A stretch of 63,939 bases of DNA, the filler included, from Choristocarpus tenellus KU-1152 (lineage: Eukaryota; Protista; Phaeophyceae): the NCBI GenBank assembly GCA_964200185.2. It is 10 parts of 10 records of this genome, joined end to end, with 100 filler letters (N's around TTAATTAATTAA, not from the genome) between each part and the next. Parts side by side here need not be neighbours in the genome. Positions count along the whole stretch, not along the records: positions 25,523 to 30,974 come from CAXNAD020010732.1; positions 31,075 to 36,121 come from CAXNAD020012054.1; positions 36,222 to 41,332 come from CAXNAD020011831.1; 7 more parts are not named here. One strand, written 5' to 3'. Both the position numbers and the translations under genes were made by a program. This document shows, piece by piece, positions 27,701-40,987 of the stretch (position 1 is its first letter; every line of letters begins with the position of its first letter). The notes beneath the pieces were generated by a model. That model was not told the DNA's origin. It saw only the letters and a list, made by a program, of their open reading frames with translations, and did not search any database.

Positions 27701-30423
27701 ACCCAAAGTATCTTTCTTTTTTTATGTGTACAGTAAAAAAATCTAGGAGCAGAGTATTATGCATATATTGGTACAGAAGTCTAGGTAAAAAAGGAGTTAG
27801 GAAGTGGTCTCACTCTTAAGAACTCAAGTGTATCATGTGGTTAGCAAGTCAAAATTTATCAACCTTCAAGATTGGTCATGATATTTTCACTGGCAAAGGC
27901 TGAGGTACCTGCGATTAGTTAGCAGCTCCTCTTCGAGATCCATCTCATTTTCATTCAAGAGTTGAGCGTTGCAAATAATTTGGTGACACTACTAAGACCA
28001 CAGTGATGGGGATCATTCCACCTCTGTGTGGCACTCACAAGCCCTGACCCTAACCCACTATCAATAAACGACAAAAGAGATACTGTTTCAACAGAAAAAT
28101 AATTCAAGAAAATAAGGGTCTAGAAGAAAATCACACTCTTAATTCGAGCCTTTGAGTTCAGTACATGTTTTAAGGGTGAGTTCTCGGATAAAATGACTTC
28201 CGATAGATTACGAGCGAATGACTGTTGGGAGCTCATCCTTATCTTCTACACCTGCAGTATCAATAGAGATTTGGTCTGTCTCAGTCCATGGCCATTCTTC
28301 ACCACCATGTAACCAGAGGGTGGGGGGTACAGAGATGTATCTTAGTTGATTTCACGGGTTGAATCTGAAGCTTTTCCTATGCCATTCAACAGGGAAGAAA
28401 TTGCCCCTTCGAGTTTTGCACCACGCAGATTTCAATGTATACCCCAACCCTAAGCTTTACCACACCTTCTTAGTGTTTCCACGTCAAAAGTTTCCTTCAA
28501 TTTATTAAGAGATCAAAAGAGGTAAGCAGGGCACAAATGCTACTGCAACAAACATCCAAGTCCTTTCAAGTTACGAAAATATACTCATCTGTTGACTAGG
28601 CAACCTTCACAAAGACAACAAAGAGTCCTTCTGTTCATCGCATGCAGCCAACAGGGTCACTGTATCTTGTAGAGGGATGTTTGCAGAGACAATTACGTAA
28701 CACTCATGAGGGCTACACATACAAAATGGTCCAGGCAACAGGATACATCACACTTGTCTTGTGCAGCTGAGATGACGCAGAGAGTCCTCACATCATATGT
28801 TCACTACAAAATGAAAATGAAACAATATGCACGGTGAGGGCCAATGTATCTGCTTCAGTCACCAGCAAAGTGTCCTTGCATCCCTCTCTGTAACCCATCA
28901 TTCAATGAGCCTAATGCTTGGCAAGTATTTTAGGGAATTGACTATTATGGTTCCACAGCCTCAAGACAGACTGAGCATTAGTGACCACAATTTTTTAGTT
29001 GTGGCTTGGGAAGTTAAGATGGAATGGTGGGGTGGGTAAACATTATGACTGGCGAAAGAAACCAAAGGTTGTATGACGGATTAACCTCCTAACACCCGGA
29101 GTATATATTTGCATTAGCACCATGAAATATGCTGTCATATTGACCAACTAACCCTCCAATACGTGGACAGAGATAGTATCTCATTCACCGTCAAAATCGT
29201 TGGGCCACCAATAATTCAGCTTTCATTTACTTCAGAAACATCAAACGTAATGGGGTAGGTGCACACACACACGCAGCAAGTATGATTTACAGTGCAGGAA
29301 AGCACACAGCAATTTTCACCATAGACATGTAAGATATATGCACGTAACGTTCTGACAGTACTTCAGCTTTTCTGATTTATGCTCGGTGGATTTCCAACTG
29401 AGAAAAAGAAAGGAGTGCCGTAGCCACTGTATTGGGAGAAACAATCTACCGCTACATTAACTTAGCCACTCTTACCATTGGCCTGTTTGTTACACTATCT
29501 GTTTGAAAACAAACCGTTTGTTTTCTATAGACGATTAATGTTGGTGTCAGGTTGACGTGGTAATGATATGGTGTGTCTACTACTTGAACCTATAGATGTT
29601 GAGCTGTTCTATTCACTAATTCTCCTGCAATAGAGGAGTTTGGACATTGGAAGACAAGGTTATATAATCCTAACCCTAAAACCCTCTTGAAGTAGCTTCA
29701 CAACTCAGAGGCAATGACACAATAGTCCTTGAAACATCCCAAGAATTACTTTCCCACCAAATTCTCCCTCTGACCATGACATGGACAGGTTGGTATGCCA
29801 AACTCTGGAACAATGAAGTCCTGGGAAAATAGGACAACAACAGTACTGCACAAGAACATACCACATTGTTTCAAGTAACATCGTAAGTGACAAGAATGGT
29901 AGTGATCCAAAATCGTGACCAAGAAACAACAGAACAATCCGCTACAACAGCCCATTTGCTGTTCCAGTTGGCCATGGTTTGGATAATCAGGAAATCTGGT
30001 CGTGCAACTTCTCTAGCCCTATCGTGGGTTTACAAGCATGGTGAATGACTGGGTCACACTTGAGCAAACTGGTGGAAGTATGACTCGAGCTTTATTTCCG
30101 TAGATATGACCACTCAAGCTTACCTTCAAGCTAGGTGTTTGCATGCTCCCTTACACTGCAACCAGAGGTCTGCAATGCCAACAAAAGAACACAGACACAG
30201 ACACAGACACAGACACATCCACTAATACTGCAACCCAAATCAATAAAATGGAAAAGTCAGATATCGCTTAAGCTTCACTACAAAGATAGAAAAGGACAAC
30301 AAGTGTCCATCAACACCAATCGAAACGGACAAACCTCCCTTCCACAAAACATGAAAAAGGTATCACAATACATAGCCAATCAAGCAACAACAGTAAAATA
30401 AAACATCCCTTCAAACCACACAC

Positions 30424-30546
30424 CTGGGCGTCCAGGAGTCGATCCGAGCTAGGCTCACTCAGCACACACTTCCCCAGGGCCAGGAGGTAGCTGATGCGAT
30501 GCACTTCCAATGCAGCATCTGGATAGAAGTGCAGATTCAAGACGAC
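30424..30546 (-). CDS. Internal exon of a GT-B glycosyltransferase (group 1/CgeB-like C-terminal motif)
   Basis: AG..GT-bounded 41 codons: VVLNLHFYPDAALEVHRISYLLALGKCVLSEPSSDRLLDAQ. Confidence 0.75.
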
Positions 30547-32112
30547 CTTTTTCCAAGTAGTGTACACATATGCATAGGTTCACAAAAGATGTGTCCCGCA
30601 AACATGGCGTGCACACACACAGAGATACAGGAGGTGGATACAGGATCCCCAGACCCGTAACCCCACCACCACGACCAAGCAGCCCGATGGCGGGAGGAGT
30701 TTGCAGTTTGCAGCAGCGATGTCGAGCAAGATATTACATTCTTAAAGGGAGGAGGAGGACTAAAGATATAGACAAAATAGCTCTTACAAAGAACTGAAGA
30801 GTCTCTGGGGCACGTAACTAGGGCTTATGAGCCATTGTCCATGTCACAATTTACCGGGCATATTGCCAAACCACTGCACCAGACAACTACTGGAGGAGGG
30901 TGGGGGTGGAGGCGCAGTAGGAAGAGAGATAGAGGGTGGGTAGAGGGTTGCAGGGAAAAGGGGGACAACGGAGANNNNNNNNNNNNNNNNNNNNNNNNNN
31001 NNNNNNNNNNNNNNNNNNTTAATTAATTAANNNNNNNNNNNNNNNNNNNNNNNNNNNNNNNNNNNNNNNNNNNNCATCCTCATAGTCCCGCTCCATCCTC
31101 AATTTTGCGAATCCACTGTTATGTGTACGTTAATTCAAGTACCAAAAAGGAACACACGTATGATGTACCAGCATAACAATTCAACGTTTCCATGTTGTAG
31201 AGCACCAAAAACCTAACTCTGGCAACCAGTCATCATTTAGAAGCAGGGACATTTTGCATGCATTTCAATATCAATTGGGTACGACAATAATTACACATAC
31301 TTCCAATATTATAATGACGTCAAGGGAGCGATGCCAACTACTATAGTATTAAGTAGGAAAAAACAATCGGATACTAAAAAGAAAATTGGTGGTGCCTCTC
31401 GTTACACAAGAATCAATCGGTAATGAAGTACTTTTCGAAAGCAGAGAAAAACCTGGATGAGAGTTTGAACAGGAGCATATTTCCAAGTATGTTGACTGGG
31501 GTGGACAAGCCAGCGCTCAAATGCTCAGTATGTACACAACAGAGTAAACTTAGCTCATAATACACACTTGAGATTTTACAGCACCCATTACAGAACCAAA
31601 ATTTGTAAAAAAGATAATGCTTTGATCTTAGTACCAGGAGGTGTTCCAACATCGTTGTTGTACTGCCCAGATGCCCACCAGAGATATACCAGACAACCTG
31701 AGCACCGCTGCCATTGATAGCACTGTACCATAGCAAAACGAACACACACTATGAGAGGGAAAATATATCAATAGTGACTAGATTCAGCCCATCCAAACAC
31801 GCAGTTAGATAAGGATTACTCACACCATGAACCAGCAATGCCCACCATTTTGGACTTCTGTACAAGAGCATGGAATGCCTTGTGACCTTTTCCCATAACT
31901 AGAACCATACATAACACGCTGACCAGGACACGAGACTGAATACACCCTACTCTATCCAATTATCACCATGGTGACTCAGCAAAAGCACCTGAATATTTTG
32001 AAACTTCTGCCAATCCTATATATCGTTATTTTGTTCCTGTACATGTCTCTCCTGCAGCATCACCGGACCAAACTCAAGCATCATCTTTGAATCGTTTCTA
32101 CATTGATTATAC

Positions 32113-35100
32113 CTATGCATTGTGACCATCAACACTAGATTCTTCTTCGTTGTTTGAAGGCAGATCCTCAAGTTCAATCCCACCACTCACCACCACCTCC
32201 TCCCCTTCCCCTTTTCCTGAAAAACGAACCCACCCCAGGTTATCCAACAAGGCATACACCGTTGGTTCCTTCCCTTCTCCCTCTTCATCAACACCCACGG
32301 ACCATAACATAGAGGACAGCCCTTCCATTCCACACTCTACCCTATTGCCAGTGGGGGGGGCGAGGGCGCTTGGTCCAACAAATGTCTCAACCCCTTCCTC
32401 TGCGACCACTGTGAACTGTCGGGTTTGGTTATCAACAACAGGGAAGGCTGGTAGTCGCCTCATCTTGACATCATCTCCATGGCGAGATCGCACCCAGGCA
32501 CCAGTGTCAGTCACCTGCACAAAGCATTCTCTCTCACTGCCACTGCCGACTTCCAAGAGGTTGACCTGTTGATGTATCACACATGTCCACACCCCAGAAG
32601 CAAAGAGCAGGAGAATCAGGTTATTCGAGAGTAGTAAGGGTGTAACAGGTCAGTAAGCCCAGACACTCCTCACAGTGGCATCAACAGCAGTATAGTAATT
32701 GACACTAGTGGGTTAACTTGATACAAAAAGGAATTTGCTAGAGGTGAGGTCTCTCTCACAATACACGCAAGCCATCCCGTCCATTGGTCACAAATACCCA
32801 AGGTGCAGTTCTCTGTAGAGAGTTCCATTTCTTATATGATACCCACCTATACGGCTATATATAAAAAGAAGATGTGAGGTCACACTTGCGCCAACACAAA
32901 TCTTACCCTTGACAACCATACTGCTATAAACAGGACTACTCTACGTCAAGTAACACCCATCAGAACACCTTCACCTTTCTTTTACAAAGGTTACAGATCA
33001 CATGGAATTGATGAAGCACAAGAGACAGAGTCACAAGCAGATGCAGTGGCGCTCCAGGGTACAAAACAAAGACAGCAGCAATATTTCCACTAATGGAACA
33101 GCCTCCATGCAACGCTCACCCCCCCAGATGCATCTTCCCTACAAATTGCCTACCCTTTTCAATCTTACAACAATGATAACAAAAATATTGGAAAAAAACC
33201 CCATCTGTATATTGACAAGGGAGCATATTGTCATGTAGGTGCTCAAAAGAGAGGCCGGGTGCAATGAAACAATGACTTTGTAGGTATACCTCCCAATACT
33301 TCGAAGCACTAAAAAAATCCCAGAGTACAGAACAGCAGTTGACATCAGGTTGCAATGTATTGAACAGCTAGACCTAAGATTACCCTCAGCATTGACAGCA
33401 AGGGGACACCCAAACATGCCAAAGGTGAAACCCCCAATATACACCCCAGAAGAGCACAATTCTTAAAACATTATCAATGGTAATAGCACTTCTCTTCTTG
33501 AACTACAGAGTAGCAGTGATAATAATGCGGAGCAAACCTATGGAAAACTGAACAAGAAGGCGTGTTCGCTCACCACAGGCACCACAGAGTAGGGGGTGAA
33601 AAACTGATCCACCTCTGGGGCTTGGTCATGTGGCCCCACTTTGGCCTGGAGTGTTTCGTTCACCACAATCTGGATGGAAATCCCAACAGTTAAGTATATG
33701 AACGTGAATAATCTTAGATGTTATTTGTAATGAAAACCATTAGCAACAACTGACACACTTCTCCTTACTATATATACTCCCGAAGTGGTGTAATCTTGAT
33801 CATTATTGTACTAACAGGGTGAGCAAAACAAGTTCGTTTCAAAGCACCAAGAAAATAGCAGAGGATCATGTGCACAAGCATTTTTTGCACATATTAAATA
33901 TATATATAAAATAAACATGTTGTCATGAAAAAAAGACTACTCACAAGAAAACACGAAACACAAGCAGCAGTATACATTATAACAACAAACTGAGACATTA
34001 CTACCATAAAGATGCACAAGCAGTCCACTAATACCCACCCTACAAAACCTCTAATACTAATACTGTTTAAAGAGACCAAAAACGGTAAGCCGGAGACATC
34101 ATGTTCAAACTTGTTCAGAGCACTCCCAAACACTTAGTACACAACCATTCTCGATACTGTAACTGAATCACCTCTTCTCCTCTTCTCACACGCGGATCAA
34201 TTCACAAACCACAACATCGAAAAAACAAAAACTCAGTTACCATATGGAACCATCCCATACAAAACAGGTACTCTGGACTACACATTTCACGCATTCCCCT
34301 GGTCCAATACAAAAATGACTGCACTGATGACCATGCCCTGGCTTTCACTCAAGAGTGTGTTCAACAACGCAACGGATCGGTTGAAAATAAAAAAAGAGTG
34401 TTGTTACACACCTGATACGGGAACACTCCTGATTCTCGCCTTGGCTCTTCCACTCTCTTGACTACCTAAGAGTCATACAATTTTAAGAAATTCAAATAAT
34501 ATTCAAGTATCATTCAAAAGGTAAGGGGGGGAGGGGGCAGGGAAGGAAACAGACAGGTACAACCACGTATTACTATTGCAATGATACTGTTGAGATAGTA
34601 AGTACTCTTCTTTTAACACTATTAAACTCATACTAGCCAACAGGGGTGCCAGATCTGTGTTAAAAAGGTAACTAAGTAATAAACATTACAATGACACAAC
34701 TCAAACTATGGACAGACTACTCCATTGAACACCAATGGGATGGTCTACAAGCCGTACCAAGCCAATGACATTGGGTGGATTCACCCTGCAACACCCTCCC
34801 CACAATGTTCTAATTCGATCTGTATCACTACTGTTTCAAATACAGTGCAATGCATACAAGGAAGGACATACCTAGGCTACCAAGATGAGCAAGGACACAG
34901 CCACAAAATACCAAACGATCACAGCATCTGACAAAACCTGGCAGTCTACACTACCACCACAACACGTCACCACATCAAGTCCACCAATCACGTCCACAAA
35001 ACATCCATCAAGACCAATCACAGATGTTATACAAAAAAAAACAAATACCACTAAAGAGTACTGTATAAACAGGGGACATAGCCACAACAATGGGAGGACC

Positions 35101-35413
35101 TACACTTCAAATAAGTCAGCAGGATGCATTTGGCCGAAACCACCCCCAACCCCCCACCTCCCTAATCACTCAATCAAGAGGAACCCACCAGTCACCTCTC
35201 TCATCATACACAACCTACCTCAATGCTTTCCTTTGTTGCAGGGACCCAACCCAGCGGCACCGGTACTACCCCATTTTCCCGTTGACCTTGGACACCATGC
35301 TCTGGTCCCTCAGGGTCAACATCATCCTCTTCAAGACTGCCCTCACCTTCGTGACTACTCTCATGTTGCCTCTGCCCCTCAGTAACTACCAGGCTGAGTT
35401 CCTCTCCACTCAC
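32113..35413 (-). CDS. Hypothetical protein, 3' part, possible SH3-like beta repeats; exons 35219..35413, 34412..34465, 33613..33669, 32113..32565
   Basis: Four phase-0 AG/GT-bounded open exons. Repeated pattern (Y/F)-x-(I/V)-V...VGP...AP and (G/A)WV. An intervening exon may be missed. Confidence 0.6.
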
Positions 35414-38400
35414 CTTTTGAAGAACATTGTCCAAGTCAATAATAAAAAAACACACATAGGAAACGAACACTGAGGTGAGTGACTTGCTCTTGACTGTTAA
35501 ACGACCTAACACCGACCACAACATACATCCTTGCTCACCCAATTAAATACGAGCCTAACCACAGCTTCAAACTTGATTAAAAAAAACAAACAAGAATCCC
35601 TACCAGTACAGCCCATCAAATACTTAGTGACGTGAGCACTACATCGAAATGTGTTCCTAAATCATATGATGGTAGAACTCAACATCCACCATACCTAATT
35701 CAAAACCATAATACTTACTTCCACCCCTTAGCTTGTACTGTGTTGGTGTCTGATATTGCAACCCCTCTAGAGATCACTTACTCACATCCAACCATGGTCA
35801 GTTTCGTCATTCTTTACACGGTCCATCAGAGTTCACCTCATCCTTTCACATCAAAGACTGCAACAGACTGTCCTCCTACTAGTAGAGTAGAGTCCAGCGT
35901 CATAATACCTCTAAAAGACACCATCATTACAAACGTACCAACTTGAAGGCAATACAAAGGCCCAATGGACACACACACCACACCTACAAGTGGAACAAAA
36001 ATAGTCTGAAAAGACTATTCCCATTCCCAGGCCCAACTCACAGGCAAAACGTTACACCACACCAACAGAAAAAAAAATGAGCAGCAGTCCAACCAAAGAG
36101 CCCCCCCCCCCCCCCCACACCNNNNNNNNNNNNNNNNNNNNNNNNNNNNNNNNNNNNNNNNNNNNTTAATTAATTAANNNNNNNNNNNNNNNNNNNNNNN
36201 NNNNNNNNNNNNNNNNNNNNNCCCCCTCCCAGATACTTTGGGTCTACGAGTGAACGCCGCGCCCCTCAATGCCTCACCGTAACTCCTTTCCATATATTTT
36301 TTTCTGTGAGCTGTTGTGGGGAACACGAGAACACAAAACCTGGGCAAGACCAATACGTCTGTGGAGGTAGTCGCGCTCCTATTTGATCCACCCACCAGGC
36401 ACTTGGTAGAATAATAGACCTCTTGTTCAGCTAGAGTAGCAGAGGAATCTGCTCAATTATCCAGTTGATGTGGGATAATGAGGAAGGTTCTCCGGGTACA
36501 ATATGGGATGCAAATGCACTTGACAGTATGACCAGTGTAACCTGACAACGTGCTGAAGCCATTTCGTGTCCAGACCAAACCAAAGGGTGTCTAGATTACA
36601 GCAGTGACACATACAGCGAGTAGCGGAGTAGTCCAGAAGGAATGGATCTGCAAGAAGAGGTGACCGCCTTACTACTCTAAAAAATATCAACCGTTCAGAA
36701 TTTTTCAAACAGAAAATTGTTAAAGCACGCTCCAGAAGCTTACCTCCAGTCTACGAGCCTATTGACGACGCTGATGCATGCGCAGGACTGCTGATGCACA
36801 AGTCGTCAAGTATGCTGGATCTCTCACTTGTATTATTCCCTTCATAAGTATCATCAATATCATCATATAAAATGAGGTAAGCTTCTGGAGGGTGCTGTAA
36901 CAAAATCACCAAATACATGCTGGAGGATGGGAAAATAGATGAGGGAGAGTTTCTCAGGTAGTGGAAGGAGAAGACGACTCCAAGACAGATGAGAAAGGCA
37001 AGGTGCTACAGAAGGTACAACTTCGGCTCAAAGTATCTGGGGGAGGGTGGCGGCCGTCTATTAGGGGCCCATTTTTCCATATCATGATTTTTGGGTGATT
37101 TGGTTGCATGTGTCGGATCTTCCTCTGTTAGGTTATTTGGCAGACTTTACCATCACACTTTCAGCATTAGTTTGTTGAACAGCTTCGCGCAGGAAAGACT
37201 CGCCACCAGAAGCTGCTGGTGGGTTACATGGTGAACATACAATGGTTTATCAACTATCCGCCAACCTTCTTAGTCACCCGTTATCACTGACGTACGACCA
37301 AAGGCTGACTCATATTCTTACCGTTGAGTACGTTATTGCTTGGTATTGTACCGAGCTAAAGGAAAAACGTACATGAAATGGTGTTACATGCTTGTATCAT
37401 CACACACAACCTAAGCAAATCACTATTTTTTTTACAGAGTTATCAGGCCAAGGGAGACTTTCATTGTCTCTTCTTGACACATGGCACATTGCGACGCTGC
37501 CTATTACTCAATCCACATCTTATACACACAGAGCTTGAACCTGAACCACGTGTAATTATTGATTAATTAAATATATTATTATCTATAGTAGTATGCTTCA
37601 TGAGAAGCAACAGTTCCTCGAGCACACCAGTAACCTAAATAAAGAGTGCAACAGCACCATAGACAGTTCTAGCATCCCCTTTCCCCCCTCACTTTCTCTC
37701 TGTTGGGTGTGTCTCAATTCCTCAATCATTGTCCCGTATACCTGCCTTGCACCCCATACTTGAGTTGCAGGTTTCCCCAGGAAGATAGGATAGGCGGCTG
37801 AGCTTCATACAAACAAACCTACGTGCAGGTCAAAGTCCACATGACCAGCCAGACAATAATGACTTTATTCCTTTTCTGTATGACATGAACGAGACCCCAG
37901 AAACTGATGGAGAAGAACATCCTTGAAAGCAGCATTCTTCTCCACTCCAGAAGTTTGCATGACGCAAAAAGATTACAAAAGCACTTCCAATTAGTAGAAA
38001 AATACTCTCAGTAAGACTGACTAAACATGCACTAATGTAGTCCAGCCATTGCCTGGGTTTATAGTAGTAGTTGCATTGTAATGTTCTGAAACGAGGTGTG
38101 CGAGAAAAACCTTCATATTAAAGCACCGCATATAACACACACATTGGGACATCTGAACCCTGCCTGTACAATATGGAATACTTGCACCCTGAAGACGCCA
38201 CTTCGTTGGAAGAACATCGGTGGCTGTACCCTGAAAAAGAAGTCCTACTACAAGTGACCGATTTTGTAAGGATTAAACTCCTGGGGTTGTGTTATGCAGC
38301 ATATATGCATATACAATTGCCCGTTGGCATGCTGCTGCTTCTGATCCGGGAGGGAATTGTAGACGGTCAACCTTTTGCAAGGGAGAATGCAAGAGGAGAA

Positions 38401-38530
38401 TGTAAAGATCATATGAAGAGAGGTGGGGGGTCAAGCGAGGAGGATATTTCTTTAAAGTATGCTCAAAAATTGTTCCCCGTGTGAGGTGAGTAGTGTTCGT
38501 GTTGCTTTGAGTGCCCACCCTATGGCATTT

Positions 38531-38788
38531 CAGTTAAAGTATCTTAGAGGGTAGAGCCGCGTCCGTTTAGGGGTCAAATCCAATGTTGCGATTTTGATGT
38601 AATTTTGGCTATTGTGTTTATTAGGAAGCTTCAATATCTTTGTTCCAGACACACTCTTACATAACATACACATTTTACCTACTCTCAAACACTTCGGAGT
38701 AGGTAAAATCTCATAAGAAACCCGTGGGAAGCCAAGTCACAAACGGACAAACAGGGCAAAACTCGTACCCTCTAAGATACTTTCACTT
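38531..38788 (-). mobile_element. 258-bp MITE, family A (inverted copy)
   Basis: TIR AAAGTATCTTAGAGGGTA ... TACCCTCTAAGATACTTT. Interior is the reverse complement of 45605-45862. Confidence 0.92.
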
Positions 38789-38968
38789 AAAAAAAAAAAT
38801 GGTCACAATTTGCTGGATACTGATAAGCTTCGGGAATTTTTTCAATTTTTTGCCTCCTGGAAATTGAAGTTTATAGTATGCCAGAAGAGTCACCTGAGAG
38901 GCTCTGTTTTTCTAGTGACTGCAGAATTAAAGAGTATTCCTATCGTTCATGTGTGCTATGTTGTCAAG

Positions 38969-40251
38969 TTAAGATACTTGCGATACCAAGTTCTGACGTA
39001 GCCATCTTGATCCAACGCCTCCATCTACCAGTACAAGCAGGGTACTTGCCTGCAGAAGCAGCTGAGCATTTACTTTCATTAGTGTAACCGCTGCATATTC
39101 ATTGCATCTTGCAATGGTGAGATGGAGCACGCGCTGCCACTCTGAATCCCGTAAGTATGCACTGGCTGCCATGATGATGCAGGGGATTGGACCACACACT
39201 GATGTTGGAAGTCGCACAATGCATCAATACAACCCTTGACTCAATAGTTTCAGCATACTTTTCAAAATACATGTACAGTCCAATAGGAATACCAAGTGGT
39301 AATATGATGTTGAGAATATACTATAAATCACCCCCTGGATAGAGTCCACATTGTGATAATGTAAGCATTAAGTACTAGTGGACAAAATGTAATTATTTTC
39401 TGGTCCAACAATTGGTTAAATGGAACAGCCTTACCGAATTCTGCAAGAATTTGCAGACACTCTTGGTTTCGTCCTTCAACCTCTGCTGCCCTGTGGAGTG
39501 CATACTCCACTGCCCTTAGATGACCTGGAACTGTAGGCTTCTCCGGTTTATAGCAATACAGCTCAATAGCCTGTGCAACACACCTTGGCAAACAGTAACA
39601 GTGACAACGGGGCAGCAACTAAAGCTCCAAATATTTGCTTTTCGCCCCTCGCCCCAACTTTGATATTTTTGTTTACGTGATATTTGTTTCTTACCTCTTA
39701 TCCTTCAGCAAGACGGAAATGCACCTTGCCGATTGCACTGCACCGCACTCTCCAAGGAGAAATCCCAGGAATCCATCACCAACCAACATATTACCACAGC
39801 CTAAAATAGTTTTCAAGACCTTGATGGAATGATCCCAAGGTGGAAGAAGATAAGAAAACGAGCAAGGCATAGGGTGGCTCGACTATCTCGTTGTGTTAGC
39901 TTGCATGCCGAATCATCTGCGAGTCGGGAGTATTACTGGTCACACCGATATTACCTCTGTTATAAAAATTACCTCTTCTTTGCGATATCGGACTGCATCA
40001 AGAAGCACCAACTCGTGCATGCCAACATCTAAGATCCGCAATAGTACACCCGTTACTTCATGCCGTCCTGATCGAGCACAGCACCGAATGAGAGGTAGCC
40101 TCATTCTTATCTCTGCTTCTTCATCATTGTCGAACACTAAGGTAGCTGAACTCAGGCCTGCATTAGCTTGAAATGCTTGAGTGACCTCTTCGATGTCCTT
40201 GTCAGAGAAGATCTGGAAAGGAAGTCGTAAGTTTAATGATTGAGTATACAA
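38969..40251 (-). pseudogene. Decayed intronless helical/ankyrin-like coding remnant
   Basis: Stop-broken frames include LPLIRCCARSGRHEVTGVLL and YALHRAAEVEGRNQECLQILAE (ankyrin-like). Confidence 0.4.
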
Positions 40252-40725
40252 GGTTAGACTTGGCAGAACTTACTCACAGACCCAAATCACCAGACAGAAG
40301 CGAATAGTACTCTGAAGTATACATAGAACAACAAGATGAAACATAGTGAAGTTGTGACCCTGGGACGAGTCAAAGATCGCTCGCCTTAATCGAATGCTCT
40401 CCCTTGCATCGTGTTTCGAATGCCTGCCACGACTCCCCTAAAACCCGTGATCCTGTAATCTTACAACCTACTAGACGGCTCAAAAAATCATCTCGTTCGC
40501 TCATTAGGGAATGATGACAGCTGACAAATCTGCACGTGTGTAGCTTGAAGGACGGAGTATTGTGTGATTGATTACTATTTCTAGTCGTAACTTCATATAT
40601 ATATTTGAGGGGTCAATTCCTACTCGTATCCTCATCATCTCATGTACTCCATTATTTATATTATTATGCCCTCTGTAGTGTTGACAGCCCCCCTAGGATC
40701 AGACCAGTCTTGATTTTTATGAAAA

Positions 40726-40987
40726 GGTTGCCCAACGAGTTAATCGACGATCAGCATATCGAATGAAAACTCTCGATCTAAGGTATGGATTTCCAGAAAT
40801 AAATTATTTCGCAAATTATTTTGATTAAGGTTAAATGTTAACCGAATGTCTTCGGCACAGCCTTGAAAATGTTGGAATGAATTATCACGACCAAAAATAT
40901 TTGGAAGAATTTCTTTGCGTAAATCGATAGCTCAGATCAAGACCTTTCATTTGATATGTTGATCGTCGATTAACTCGTTGGGCAACC
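40726..40987. mobile_element. Foldback element with long inverted arms
   Basis: GGTTGCCCAACGAGTTAATCGACGATCA is perfectly inverted (28 bp) at 40960-40987. Similarity continues inward to roughly 65-90 bp. Confidence 0.85.
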
